A DNA stretch of 64,000 nucleotides from Octopus vulgaris (GCA_951406725.2 OX597814.1:154070001-154134000); one strand, 5' to 3'; positions 1 to 10,980 are shown, counted from the stretch's first letter. The notes: generated from the sequence alone by a model not told the origin. A program made the numbers and translations.

Positions 1-501
1 TGTGTGTGTATATTTTAATATAATCGGGGTAAAAAAACCTTGTAGTGTGCTTTCCAAAGCTCTTCCTCTGAAATTCGCTACCAAATGCCATCATACAGTA
101 GGACTTTCTTCTCACAGGACATACACATTGAGAGCCTTAAATATCCATACAGCTTATACAAAAATATTAACAGAAAATGGATTGAATATGCTTTATTACC
201 CCCCCACTTCTAGTGTTTCAATACATCACTAACAGCTGTTCATTACTAAGTATCAAATATGTTATAAATAACACATTGTTCTAATTGTTATTATTCAGCA
301 ATACCAGCAGATGCATTCATAACAGGATTCTTTTTAGTTCCAGAAAATCTCTGTTAAATCAGTCTTTTCTTTCACTCATTATATATCCACACCATTTTCT
401 TTTTTTAGCAATCTAGACAAAAACAAACAGAAAAAAATATCAAAAATAAACATCATACTCATTGAAACATAAACCGCAAGCATATCATTCTTGGCTGGAA
501 T

Positions 502-596
502 TTTATATATATATATATACATACATACATACATACATACATACATACATACATACATACATACATACATACATACATACATACATACATACATAC

Positions 597-649
<53 letters not shown>

Positions 650-664
650 CATATATATATATAT
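502..664. repeat. Compound microsatellite (TA)n-(TACA)n-(CA)n-(TA)n
   Basis: Seen directly. It explains ORFs 379..636 and 462..713. Confidence 0.97.
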
Positions 665-683
665 TAGGAAGTTAAAAGTTATG

Positions 684-744
684 GCCAGCGACCATTGGTT
701 TCACAACCTATAACATGCCTAGCAACTCATCAGACTCAAATGGC
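684..744 (-). ncRNA. Type I hammerhead ribozyme motif (Penelope-like), weak stem II
   Basis: Minus strand reads gagt CUGAUGA guugcuag..auagguugu GAAA CCAAUGG UC|gcug. Core intact, near-palindromic stem III, GUC site; stems I and II eroded. Confidence 0.6.
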
Positions 745-1089
745 TGAAGGCACATAGCCTCTCTAGAAACTGGAAGAAGAAATATGTAATGAGTAGTTGG
801 TTTTGTGAACAAAAAATATTTGTTCATGCTGCAGGTGAGAGAAGGTTAGCAGGACAGGGTTAGTGGGATGGGATTAATGGGACAGGAGTAGCAGGACAGG
901 ATTAGTGGTATGGGGTTATCCCCCTTACATGGTGAATTTGGAGGAGCTCTGGTAGGACTATCCAACGAATGGGGAATCCCAAGTCTGAAGCAGGAAACCT
1001 TTTAGATGTGGGCATTGATTGAATACTTCATTCCTGGAGTTTGAAAAGGTTCCCAGGTCAAGTGATTTTTGTAGAATTCGTGACCTTTT

Positions 1090-1123
<34 letters not shown>

Positions 1124-1125
<2 letters not shown>

Positions 1126-1729
1126 ATTTATATATAGAGGGCATTATTATACATACATGCCACACGCTAAGAGGGACATTAGTCATTTCTACCAAAAATT
1201 TTACTAATCCTACCCAAATGCAATTTTTCAAAGCAAGACATTTAAAAAAATGAATTTAGTCTTGTATTACCTGTGATTTCGTACTTACGTACTCATCAGC
1301 AAGACTGGTTCTGAACGCATCATAGATAAACGACCTGTCTCGTCGAAGCCAAACAGCTAACTGTTCAACCCCAACAAAGCACATGGGGAAGTTTACATAT
1401 AATACATCCGGTAAATGGCAGGCTTCTTCGAATTGCATTTCAGGTAGGAAAAGTTTTTTCGGAATAAAATTAATTAACAATTAAGGATAACTTCTTAATA
1501 AGGAATCTTAACAAGAAAATTAGTAAAATTAGTAAAATTTTTGGTAGAAATGACTAATGTCCCTCTTAGCGTGTGGCATGTATGTATAATAATGCCCTCT
1601 ATATATAAATTAATATGTTCAATAAGAAAGAATTATTTTCGAAATTTTTCTCTTATGAGGTTTTTCACGCTATCTACCTGATAATTTCTTGTTAAGATTC
1701 ATTATTAAGAAGTTATCCTTAATTGTTAA
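1124..1729. mobile_element. Non-autonomous Penelope-like/retrozyme-like fragment with interleaved inverted repeats
   Basis: Inverted repeat A at 1124-1208 and 1528-1612 (85 bp, essentially perfect). Inverted repeat B at 1474-1522 and 1682-1729. Internal HHR; (TA)n on both sides. Confidence 0.7.
1258..1306 (-). ncRNA. Type I hammerhead ribozyme, intact catalytic core
   Basis: Minus strand reads AGUCUUG CUGAUGA GUAC-GUAA-GUAC GAAA UCACAGGUAAUA|CAAGACU. Perfect 7-bp stem I, 4-bp stem II with GNRA loop, all core bases, AUA cleavage triplet. Confidence 0.9.
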
Positions 1730-1731
1730 AG

Positions 1732-1778
<47 letters not shown>

Positions 1779-2028
1779 TAAAGAGAGAGAGAGAGAGAGA
1801 GAGAGAGTAAACAAATGAGATCCACAAATGCTCACTATAGAAGACACTTAGTAGTGCTCAAATGATTTGAACTTACTCCAAAATCTTTACCAAGGACCAA
1901 GTCCATGGGGTTAAAGAGAAGCTAAAAGAGTAATCCAAGTGAGCAAATATGGAGATAATGATGCAAATAAACAAATAAAACTGTATGGGTTAGATATTGA
2001 AAAAAATACACATAAAAATCTATCTGCT

Positions 2029-2155
2029 TGCTCTGAAGATGGAGGCTGGGTTTATCCAATGTTTATATGCTTCCATTACTGATTGCATATATTTCTGAAC
2101 TACATCTGTCAACACCATGAAGTAACTTCAAGCCCCCAGAAACAGCTGTCAGACC
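2029..2155 (+). ncRNA. Type I hammerhead motif with long stem II insertion
   Basis: CUGAAGA (2033-2039), UGGAGGCU...AGCCCCCA stem II around an ~80-nt loop, GAAA (2139-2142), palindromic CAGCUG, GUC site. Stem I is weak. Confidence 0.65.
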
Positions 2156-2834
2156 TTTAACACCATACCTTTTCCCCTTTAATTTTCTGTATCTTTGTAC
2201 TTTGTGTAAGTTTGCCCTGTAAATATATAAATATTCATATATTTATAATTGAATATCCATCGACTGAAAGTTTTCAGTCTTTGCTCTTTCTCTATTTTCA
2301 TGTATACACATATGTGTATATTTTGTATATCAAAAATTTTATTTGTTTATTTGCACCATTATCTTTCTCTCCCTCTCTCTCTCTCTCTCTCCCTATATAT
2401 ATATATATATATGCATATACATACATATATATATATTTGATTCATTCTCAGTCGAAAGACACCTGTTGTTATATTCTTGTTGTTTGTATTTGTAATTGAG
2501 TACCATGTGCTCCATTTTTTGTCTTTGATGCTGAACACATTCGCTTATTTTCTTACAAAAAGGTCTAATACTCTTAGCTTAGACGTTTTTGGAGGCAACC
2601 ATATCGAACTGTCTCAAGTGTAACTGCCTGAAACAGTAAGAACTTCTGGTATACTTGAATGAGGAAAGAAGGCCCATCTTTCTTTGCTTGTTCTTCTAAT
2701 TGTTGTTTCTCCTTTGTATCATCTATCTGTCCAAATGTTTTATTGTCCTCTATTGCGCTTTTGTTCCATTTCATATATATACATACATGCATATATACAT
2801 ATATATATGAATATATATAAATATGTATATATAC

Positions 2835-2870
<36 letters not shown>

Positions 2871-2874
<4 letters not shown>

Positions 2875-3160
2875 AGAAAAAGAAAATGGAGATTGGGAAG
2901 TTAATAATTGCTTATTATTAACAACAAATTAATCATCATCCCCTACAGCTGTTTCAGTTAATACTCAGTAAATATTAATTAAATATTAAATTCATATGCC
3001 CTGAGCATAATATCTTCAGAAGGAAAAAATATATGCTCAGGGCATATGAATTTAATATTTAATTAATTCATTGAGTATTAATTGAAACAGCTGTAAGGAA
3101 TGATGATTGATTTGTTGTTAATAATAAACAACATCCCAATCTCCATTTTCTTTTTCTTCT
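2871..3160. mobile_element. Fold-back (inverted pLTR-like) Penelope-type fragment
   Basis: ~140-bp imperfect inverted arms around a ~20-bp centre at ~3010-3032. Contains an HHR and follows (TA)n. Confidence 0.7.
2939..3025 (-). ncRNA. Type I hammerhead ribozyme with extended AU-rich stem II
   Basis: Minus strand reads UUCCUU CUGAAGA ..AUGCUCAG...CUGAGUAU.. GAAA CAGCUG UA|GGGGA. Palindromic stem III and GUA site. The plus-strand mirror copy (3033-3100) lacks CUGANGA. Confidence 0.75.
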
Positions 3161-3601
3161 TTTATATGAATATAAACTATATGGTTTTATATATATATAC
3201 CTATCATTCTAAGGAAATTAATTCCCCCAAAATACTAGGTATTGAACCAGTATTTCCTTGGATGAAACCATCCCTTTATGAGGTTAACACAACCTCTAAT
3301 TGAATTCATATATATATATATATATATATATAATAGAAGAGTAAAATTTATTAATTAAATTAATTAATTAATCAATTAATTAACAATTTTACCAAGTAGA
3401 TCAGTAAGTTAAAATAACCTTTATAGGTAAAATTATTTATATAATTATAATTAGGGTTCAGCTAACTGCTTCCCCACATACCGAAATTAGAAATAGGAGT
3501 TAAAAAATTCCCTTTCTGCTACTATAAGAATCTCCATGACAATAAACATACTTTTTTATGAAGGCAAAGAGAAAAACAACGAATCAACACGACTAGGATT
3601 A

Positions 3602-3664
3602 ATTATATGCATGTTTCGAGATTAAAGTAATTTAAATTTTATTTACTTCTCTCTTCAGTATAAT
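3602..3664 (-). ncRNA. Type I hammerhead motif with U16.1>C change
   Basis: Minus strand reads AUUAUA CUGAAGA GAGA..UCUC GAAA CAUG CA|UAUAAU. Stems I and II pair, but the triplet is GCA rather than GUH. Confidence 0.65.
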
Positions 3665-3699
3665 ATTTCCAATTTTTATAAAACTTTCAAATTTTATAA

Positions 3700-4050
3700 A
3701 AATGTCTGTTTTGGCTTAGTTTCCATGACTGGATGCCCTTCCTAATGCCAACCATTTGACAGAGCATACTGGGTGCCTTTACACAGCACTGGCATGGGTG
3801 AGTTTACGTGGCACCTGTACAAGTGCTTTTTATATGGCACCAGCACCCATGAGCCCACAAAATTAGGAACGCTCAGCTGGAAGGGGATGCAGGGGCATCC
3901 CTGTATATTAGAACAACTATATTCTTGTTTAGCTTGATTTGTTTTCTCATGCACAGCAGCAAACTGTCAAGAGTTGCAGTCCCTTGTTATCCACTCTGTG
4001 AGAGGCCCAACATCTGAAGATCCTTTCTCACCACTTCATCCCAGGTTTTA
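3700..4050 (-). mobile_element. Diverged RTE 3' end/RTE-tail SINE (family A)
   Basis: ctggatgcccttcctaatgccaacca motif shared with the tail at 15330-15592. Confidence 0.7.
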
Positions 4051-4595
4051 TTCTCTCTATAATTAGAGATTGGCACCTGCACTTATAGAGGGAAAGCTGC
4101 AAGTTTTTATTGTGAATCTAACATGAAAATTATAAGAAGGGTTCACAATGAACTTAATTCCTACTCTGAGTTGTCTGTACAAGGAGCAAGGAAATGAATC
4201 GCCATAAACATCATACAATTTTAGATAAGTTCTTCAGTGTTCGAGTAAATATTGATGATGATGAACTCTAAGATAGTAGGTAATGGTCCTCATTCTCCTA
4301 GTAACTCTCATTTTTCACCCTCACACAGTAGTTATAATCTTTTGTGGTAAGGATGTATCCTATTACCATATTACAATTCTTATTTGTTTCCTTATGAATT
4401 TCTCTTCAAATGTTTTTGTGTATAAATATTATACTATATATATATTTAGAAAATATTTTCATATATAAAAGTGACCGTGTTGCTTGCTTGCTTTGTCTTT
4501 TTGCTGCTTTCTTTTAAAAAAATTGGAATGGATTACTTCTGTAACGTGGAGATTTCTCTGAGTGCACGTGCACACACACACACACAAAACTGAGA

Positions 4596-4652
4596 CTCGT
4601 GACTCAAGTTTCGGTTTCAATAAAAGACAAACATATCCTCTTCAGTATGTAT
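4596..4652 (-). ncRNA. Degenerate hammerhead core
   Basis: Minus strand reads CUGAAGA GG...CC GAAA CUUGAG UC. Stem I does not pair. Confidence 0.4.
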
Positions 4653-5619
4653 TGATCACTTCTCTCTCATCAGATAAATAGCAAAGTATTTATATATCTA
4701 CGTGTGCGTGTGTGTATGTATATATGTATAAATATGTATATATGTGTATATATATGTAATAGATGATATTAATTAGTAAACAATAATATGGGAAGACTAT
4801 AGTCAATACACAGTAGGATAGAATGTAATCTGTAAAGATTGGTTCTTCATTGATTGCCATTATGTAAAGATGAAAGAACAGTGATTGAAGTTGTGAAGAA
4901 AATATTTATTTCCCGTTACATTGAATATAATACCTTGCTTTGACAGGCAGATGATAAAATCTTAGAGTATGCGAAATAAAAAAGTTAATTTTGGCCTGTG
5001 TGTTCCTATTGTAGTAGTAAACCATAGAGAGATATGGTAATGTGCACAGAAGACAAAGTGAGTTAGTAAAAGTGAGAAAGTTTGGGAAGTTGGGTCTCAT
5101 TGCTGCTGACAGTAAATTTCATTTCTCCATTTGACCATTGTCTTTAGTAGCTGCCTTGCTTTGGATCATGATTCTAGCATTCTGCTCCCTTACTGATGGT
5201 AGCTGTCTCTGACTTGAGTTTGTCATTCATTAACTAACTGATTGAGTTGTCACGAGCCGAGCCGACTAACTCAGTTATCACCAAGTCACTAACTGAGTTT
5301 TGCTTGGGGTTCTTGCTTTTATAACTATCCAGAAGGACAGACTTATCGTTGAGAACAATGGATTCAGTTGGTGGTCTTGTTATCTTATTTCTAGCTTTTG
5401 GTAAAATAGAAGAGGTTAGAAAGGTCAAGTGATGATGACATTATTTCGGCCTAGCAAAAGCAATCTGGCAAATGTAAAACTGCTGTCACAGGAAAATTAT
5501 TGTTTTACCGTGAGAAAAATTCTGTTGAAGTGTTAATTTAAATTTGGCTATGATGGATCGAATCCACTTCATGCTTGCAAGATTTATTAGATATATACAC
5601 ACACACACACACACATCCG

Positions 5620-5825
5620 ACAAATGCTGAAAAGTTCCTGGCTTTGGGCAAAAGAAAATACAGGAGGATCAGTTAATTATGACTTTATTCAACATATTTC
5701 CCTCTTGGATTCATACACTTATTGCAGCGGTCGTCCAGTTTTTTCTAAGCCCTGTAAAAAAAAAAAATACTCGGAAGGTAGGGCCTCCAGCCAAGCCTTT
5801 CGCGACACCCTTAAAGCCAGGAATA
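5620..5825. mobile_element. Mariner-type MITE (~215 bp family)
   Basis: TIR core tgctgaaaagttcctggcttt / aaagccaggaa. Same family at 18610, 21382, 54780 and 59144. Confidence 0.8.
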
Positions 5826-6850
5826 TACGCATATACATACGCATGTATATGCATTTATGCATGCACCCACCCACTCACGCACACACACACATACGCGCGC
5901 ACACACACACACATCATTGATGCTCCAAGCAGCATGTTTTAACTAACGTAATATATATATATGTACGATAGTGTATATTCTATACTTTCTTATACGATGA
6001 ACGTTGTCGTGTTAAAGCTGTCGCTGAATTGCGCGATCGAACACACCCGATAAACGTAAACAAATCAGTTTACAATCTCTTCCTGAACAGAAAACGGAGA
6101 TCGGCTCTTATTCTGTTTGTGGAAAGATTGTGAAGATTGATTACATTTGTCCTGTGAGGTTCATCGTCCAACGTAGCAACGGCTAGCATTTGTATTACAC
6201 AGTATATATGTTATTGTATTTGTGAGTTTATAATTTCTTTAGTAGCAGTGATATATTTCGTGTACGAACTTAAAACATTTGGTGCAGTATTGGTTGCGAT
6301 CATGATAGAAGTATACTGGTCGGGAAACAGATGTAGATAGTGCGGAAAGTAGCAATGAGAAAGATATGATCTTTATATATTGTGAGTGAGAGTAAGCGGA
6401 AAATATAAGAGAGGGTGAGAGTGTGTGAGAGTCGATGTAAATATAACATAAAGACAAGAGAAAGACTACGTTGCGAGGAAGGAATCATTTGTTACTATAT
6501 ATGAAGAGGGAGGAGGAAAGAGAGAAAGAGAACAAGTGCTGGGTGTAAGAAGGATACGAAAGACATGAGGGAGGGACAGAGGGGAATAGTGAGAGAGTAA
6601 GCGTAGGGTGTAAGAAAGATATGACAGACAAGAAAAGGGAGGGTGAGTGAGCGGTGTTTAGGCAGCAGGAGTCGTCGCTGCATAGGTTGACAAAAAGATA
6701 GAGCGATTATGAGAGATCTGAAGCAGCTAGGAAGCCATGTAGAGAAAGGGGTAAGTTTATGAGGAGTACACGAGGAGGAAGAAATTAAACATACAGACAA
6801 AGTGAGTACGATTCAATTAACAACAAAACAAAGAGTAAAGCAACGCATAC

Positions 6851-6934
6851 TTCACCAGCCCTTCCAGCGGAAGGCTTAGCGTAGTAAACCCGTGGGAGGT
6901 ACAGAAACATAGACAACATCTTGACTTTTACCAT
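6851..6934 (-). CDS. Candidate first exon of a divergent transcript (MVKVKMLSMFLYLPRVYYAKPSAGRAGE), possibly non-coding
   Basis: ATG at 6934, open for 28 codons to GAA|gtatgc. No homology recognised. Confidence 0.25.
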
Positions 6935-7052
6935 CGGAGTCAGTCGGAAACTAATTCCCGTGTCTTGTCTGTGATGTGAGAACCCTACTCTTAAAAAGTA
7001 TAAATTTGTATTTCTACCTTAGTAACGTTGCTATGAGTACTAATGTTACCCA

Positions 7053-7130
7053 ATGGGATCTCCACAACAGCAGAAACGTGTGGTCAAGAACAGAATGACG
7101 GATAATAATTTAATTGAAGTGAAAAGCAAG
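7053..7130 (+). CDS. Candidate first exon of an unidentified gene (MGSPQQQKRVVKNRMTDNNLIEVKSK)
   Basis: ATG at 7053 (second in-frame ATG at 7095), open to a consensus donor AAG|gtaagt at 7130/7131, inside the CpG island. Confidence 0.5.
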
Positions 7131-9287
7131 GTAAGTTTCTTTTTATTTTGCTCATAAATATGTATGAAATTTATTTAAAATATCTGTTGTTCTGGTCTGG
7201 AGAAAATATAAGTATAAAGTCTTGTTACCGGCCTCTTAATTTTGTAAGACAAAATTTAGAGGGAGTGTTTATGCAATTATTGCGAGGTGAGCCAGGTGCG
7301 AGTAATGTTTCTACACACCCGAAATTCTGACTACCTCCTACATAAGCACACGTTTTTCTTCTTACAATGTCATGTTCGAAGCTGTATTATGGCCCCCATC
7401 CCTTTTTTTCTCGTGTATCATTACCCTAAAATGTGTGTTACCTGAATAAATGTCGGACACTCCTTGATCATAGTAACTTTGCTTTCTTTTACCTTATGCC
7501 TACTCGTCTGTTCTCATTTCACTGCTCTGCATAAATGAAAAATCTTTCGTTAGCTTTATTTCGTCAAAACCTTTCTTTTTTTATATACGTATTGTTATAA
7601 ATTAAAATATTCGAATTTATTATCGGGATAATATTCTGTTTAAAACGTCATAATACACTTTAATTTGTCCACTCTTAACTTATTTTTTAAGATGCTGACT
7701 ATTTGTCTACCTTCGTCAACGATTACTATTATGTAGTTTATTTAATTATACGTGTTATATGCGTATCTTTTTTATGTTTTCACCCCTCTAGATTTCTTTT
7801 CGACAGGCCACCTGTGGTATGTTATATTGGCATGCGAACCGCCTTAAAATATTCCTGTTCAAATACTTGGAATAACAATGTGATTGTGTATCAACGCTAA
7901 GCTTGCTTTAAAATATCTTGTAATATTTGTCTTGAAGCTGTACAACTCCGAAATCACCGATATATATATAAACATGCATACACACGCTAAAAGTGTTAGT
8001 TGTATTGATGAGGCATTCTAATTACCCAAGATAATTATCTGTTTGAAACAGAATATTTACAAAACCACACACAAACATACTGAATATTAGTTTCACTCGA
8101 TGTAGCTGTTTGCTTAAATTTTATCTGGCAAATGAGCCAGAATTTAGAATCTAATCTATCCGCAGGGATTATGTTATCCATTGCAGATTGTTAGTGCGTG
8201 TATTTAACGGCAAAATACAAGACTTGTTACGACTTAACATGAAAGTATTTAGCTGAAGTACTAGAAGTGTTAGCTTATTATTTAATTACAGATTAAATTT
8301 ATCTGTTTTATTTTAGATATCTCTAACTTTTTTAATTGCTTCTTTTGTGTAAGAATTCTAATTTTGTATGTACGATTTTTCTAACTTTTCTAATGTTTAC
8401 TTGCACATCACCTAACATGAGGCACCTTGATAATTTATTTACCGTTGAAAGTGTATTATTATATAGCTTAGTGGCACTTAATGTAGTATGGATGTTGTAA
8501 TTAGATAATTAACCTAACATAATGAAGGCTCTTATATTTAACAAATTACACAGCAATGCTTTTGTTTCTTGGTAACGCCGTAACTACTAATTAAGATACT
8601 TATGTCATCGAGTTTAGTTACTCGGTTGATGGTAACCCGTATGGTTGTAAATTGATACCCGGTTTAAAGAATAGCGAGCTAGATTACTTCAGTAATGATA
8701 TAGGCTGAAATAAACTTGAAAAGGGCAATTTTTTTTTACTTTCCGGTCAAACTTTGAAACATAATAAATTATGAGTAACTGTACGCTGTCAGCGAACCGA
8801 GTCCTGGGTCTTGTTTTGGATTGTCGTTTTTAGCTGTTTCACTTCAGTTCTTTCGTTAATGCCCTTGGGAAAGGCATGACCGTCACGTTTTTCATTCCAC
8901 TTACTATCCAGAACAGCAATTGACTGACATACTTAGTGTATCGTGGAGGTAAATATACTTACTTAACCGAGGTATAAAGTTTATAAAAATAAAGAAAAAC
9001 CACAGTGAAGTTATTTTTGTTCTATGTAAACACTACATGTTTTATAAGACCTGAAACATTTCTATTTTTATTTAAATTGGAATAGTTATACTGCAGAAAG
9101 GTAACTAACTACAACCCACGTCGTTTAGGTGCGCAAGCACCACATTTGACGTTTGTGAAACTGTCATTTGTGAAAGCTAGTTTTCTCTTTTATTTGTACT
9201 TTTTTCTTTCTTTCTTTTTTTTTTTTTTGGTGAATTTCAAGTAAAAAGTAAACTTGTAATTTTTGAGAATTTGTTTTCCTACTTCAG

Positions 9288-9311
9288 AACTTTATCGACC
9301 TTCGTTTGAAA
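9288..9311 (+). CDS. Candidate 24-nt microexon (NFIDLRLK in phase 0)
   Basis: Acceptor ttgttttcctacttcag| and donor |gtgagt. Length divisible by 3 and open in frame with 7053-7130. Confidence 0.4.
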
Positions 9312-9516
9312 GTGAGTGCTGGTGATGGTTGTGCATATGATTTTGTGACACCTGATATTAGGTATGACTCTAAGCTACACCCCGGCAGTGGGACCATGGG
9401 GCCCTGGTTTCGGCGTTTGAGGAATGTGGAAACACCTCTTAGTCACTATTGTTCCCAGATCTACTCTGGTCCGGAGTAGTGGCACCTAGGGTCCCAGCTA
9501 TAGGTTAACTAGCAAA

Positions 9517-9598
9517 TCCTCCTGCGACTGGGGGTGGGGGCGGTGGTAGAATGCAGTTGCCGTATTCCCGGCGTGGCGTAAGAAGCTACTAAAAAGGA
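9517..9598 (+). ncRNA. Candidate pseudoknotted structured RNA resembling non-LTR retrotransposon 5' ends
   Basis: Pairings: tcct/agga, gcgactg/cagttgc, gggggt/attccc and gtggc-gtaagaa-gctac. Confidence 0.4.
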
Positions 9599-9983
9599 CG
9601 GGAGGGAAGGGGCTGGGAATACACTCCTCCTAGTAATTCAGTTTCTTTAAAAAAAAAAAAAAAGATACTTGGCCCCAACTCAGTTTCGGTATATATAGAC
9701 AAGACAATAATTAAATGTGTTCCGACTTCAATCGTTCCACCTCCTTTTTTTTTTTAAATTAGACTAGGTATATTTAATAACACTCCCCCCTTCTCTCACT
9801 CTCTCTCAGCAGTAAGAAGGCTCCGTATGTGGTGCGAAGGAGACTTTTTGGCCGCTATTCCTAGTACGTCGATTGACGACATCATAGAGGCCCTCGATGT
9901 TGGAGGTAAATGGAGACAGAGATTTAATCGCGATTGCTGATGCTAGCGATAGATCTACGTATATATAGATGATACTCACTATG

Positions 9984-10136
9984 GCAGGCATGGGCAACCA
10001 TTTTCGAGATGTGAACCACATGAGACATGGTTCAACACCTGGCGGGCCGCAATATAAAAAAAAAAAAATTGACGGTAATTTTTTGTTAGGCGTGCATGCC
10101 ATTCAGAAAGTTTTGCGGGCCGCAGTTTGCCCATGA
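9984..10136. mobile_element. hAT (Charlie-like) MITE
   Basis: Ends caggcatgggcaac / gtttgcccatg with internal gcgggccgca motifs. Partial related copy at ~53608-53680. Confidence 0.65.
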
Positions 10137-10665
10137 AAGCACTTTGCACTAATTACGATGACGGGTTTGTGTGAAGGTAGAAACTATACAGAACAATGCT
10201 CTGTGTAGAGGTAGGGTGAGCTGAGCGTTAGAATAAAGGTAATCTGAAACTCAGGGAGGAAGAAATTACGAGCTGTTTACAAAGTAGAATAGGTTAAATT
10301 GCCGAAATAGGGAGTCTGATGTTTCTGGAAGGGTTCCACTTCGTGATCTGTATATATTTAATTTATTGACATAGACCATCACCAAATTTCTCGAATTCAG
10401 GTGTTTCACTTTGATAGAAAAAAATAAGCTGTTTATGATTTGCCATACTCGTGTTGTATATCAGTGAAGCCTGGAATGTATATATCAACACAAAGGACCG
10501 GAGTAGGTCGGGAGCAAATTTAACAACTCGAGACTGCTATAGGTCCGCTATACACAAATGACAATAGCATAGTATTGGTAAAACCATGGGTACATTTTTT
10601 TCTGTCTGTAACCCCGTGAGCGACTTTGATAGACTAAAAGAAGCCCCATACATAGGTATACACGC

Positions 10666-10980
10666 ACTCGTGGCTTAGTAGCTAGGTTCATGATCATAAG
10701 GTCATAAGTTTGATTTCTGGCGGCGTGTTGAGTCCTTGAGTGAGACACTTTATTTCACGTTACTCCAGTGCACTTAGCTGGCAAAAAGGAGTTGTAGTAC
10801 CTGTAATTCAAAGGGCCACCCTTATCAAACTGTATGTCATGCTGAATCTTTCTGAGACCTACTAACGTAGGCATGTCTGTAGAGTACTCAGTCACTTGCA
10901 CGTTAATTTCACAAGTTTACTGTTCTGTTGATCAGATCAAATGGAACATTTGTCGTTGTAACCAACGGAGTGCCAGTTAA
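10666..10980 (+). mobile_element. tRNA-derived SINE (family E)
   Basis: A-box tggcttagtag, B-box-like gtttgatttc and body ccttgagtgagacactttatttcacg, shared with the copy at 63180-63552. Confidence 0.7.

Larger units (their letters stand above)
5940..10200. promoter_or_regulatory. CpG-retaining, repeat-poor promoter island, probably bidirectional, centred ~6930-7050
   Basis: CpG is frequent here and depleted in the old sequence elsewhere. Divergent ATG plus splice-donor pairs, ETS-like CGGAA sites (~6946, ~8741) and RFX X-box-like sites. Confidence 0.65.

Noticed and set aside
379-713. ORFs of YI/HT/CV repeats here and at many other microsatellites
   Set aside because: Translations of simple repeats.
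2557-2627. Possible minus-strand exon (good acceptor, gtaaga donor) with KLRVLDLF resembling a DNA methyltransferase motif I
   Set aside because: All three frames contain a stop. At best a non-coding exon; the motif is probably chance.
4906-5428. Protein-like minus-strand ORFs 5234..5428 and 4906..5100
   Set aside because: Stops in all frames between them, no recognisable domain and no consistent splice structure.
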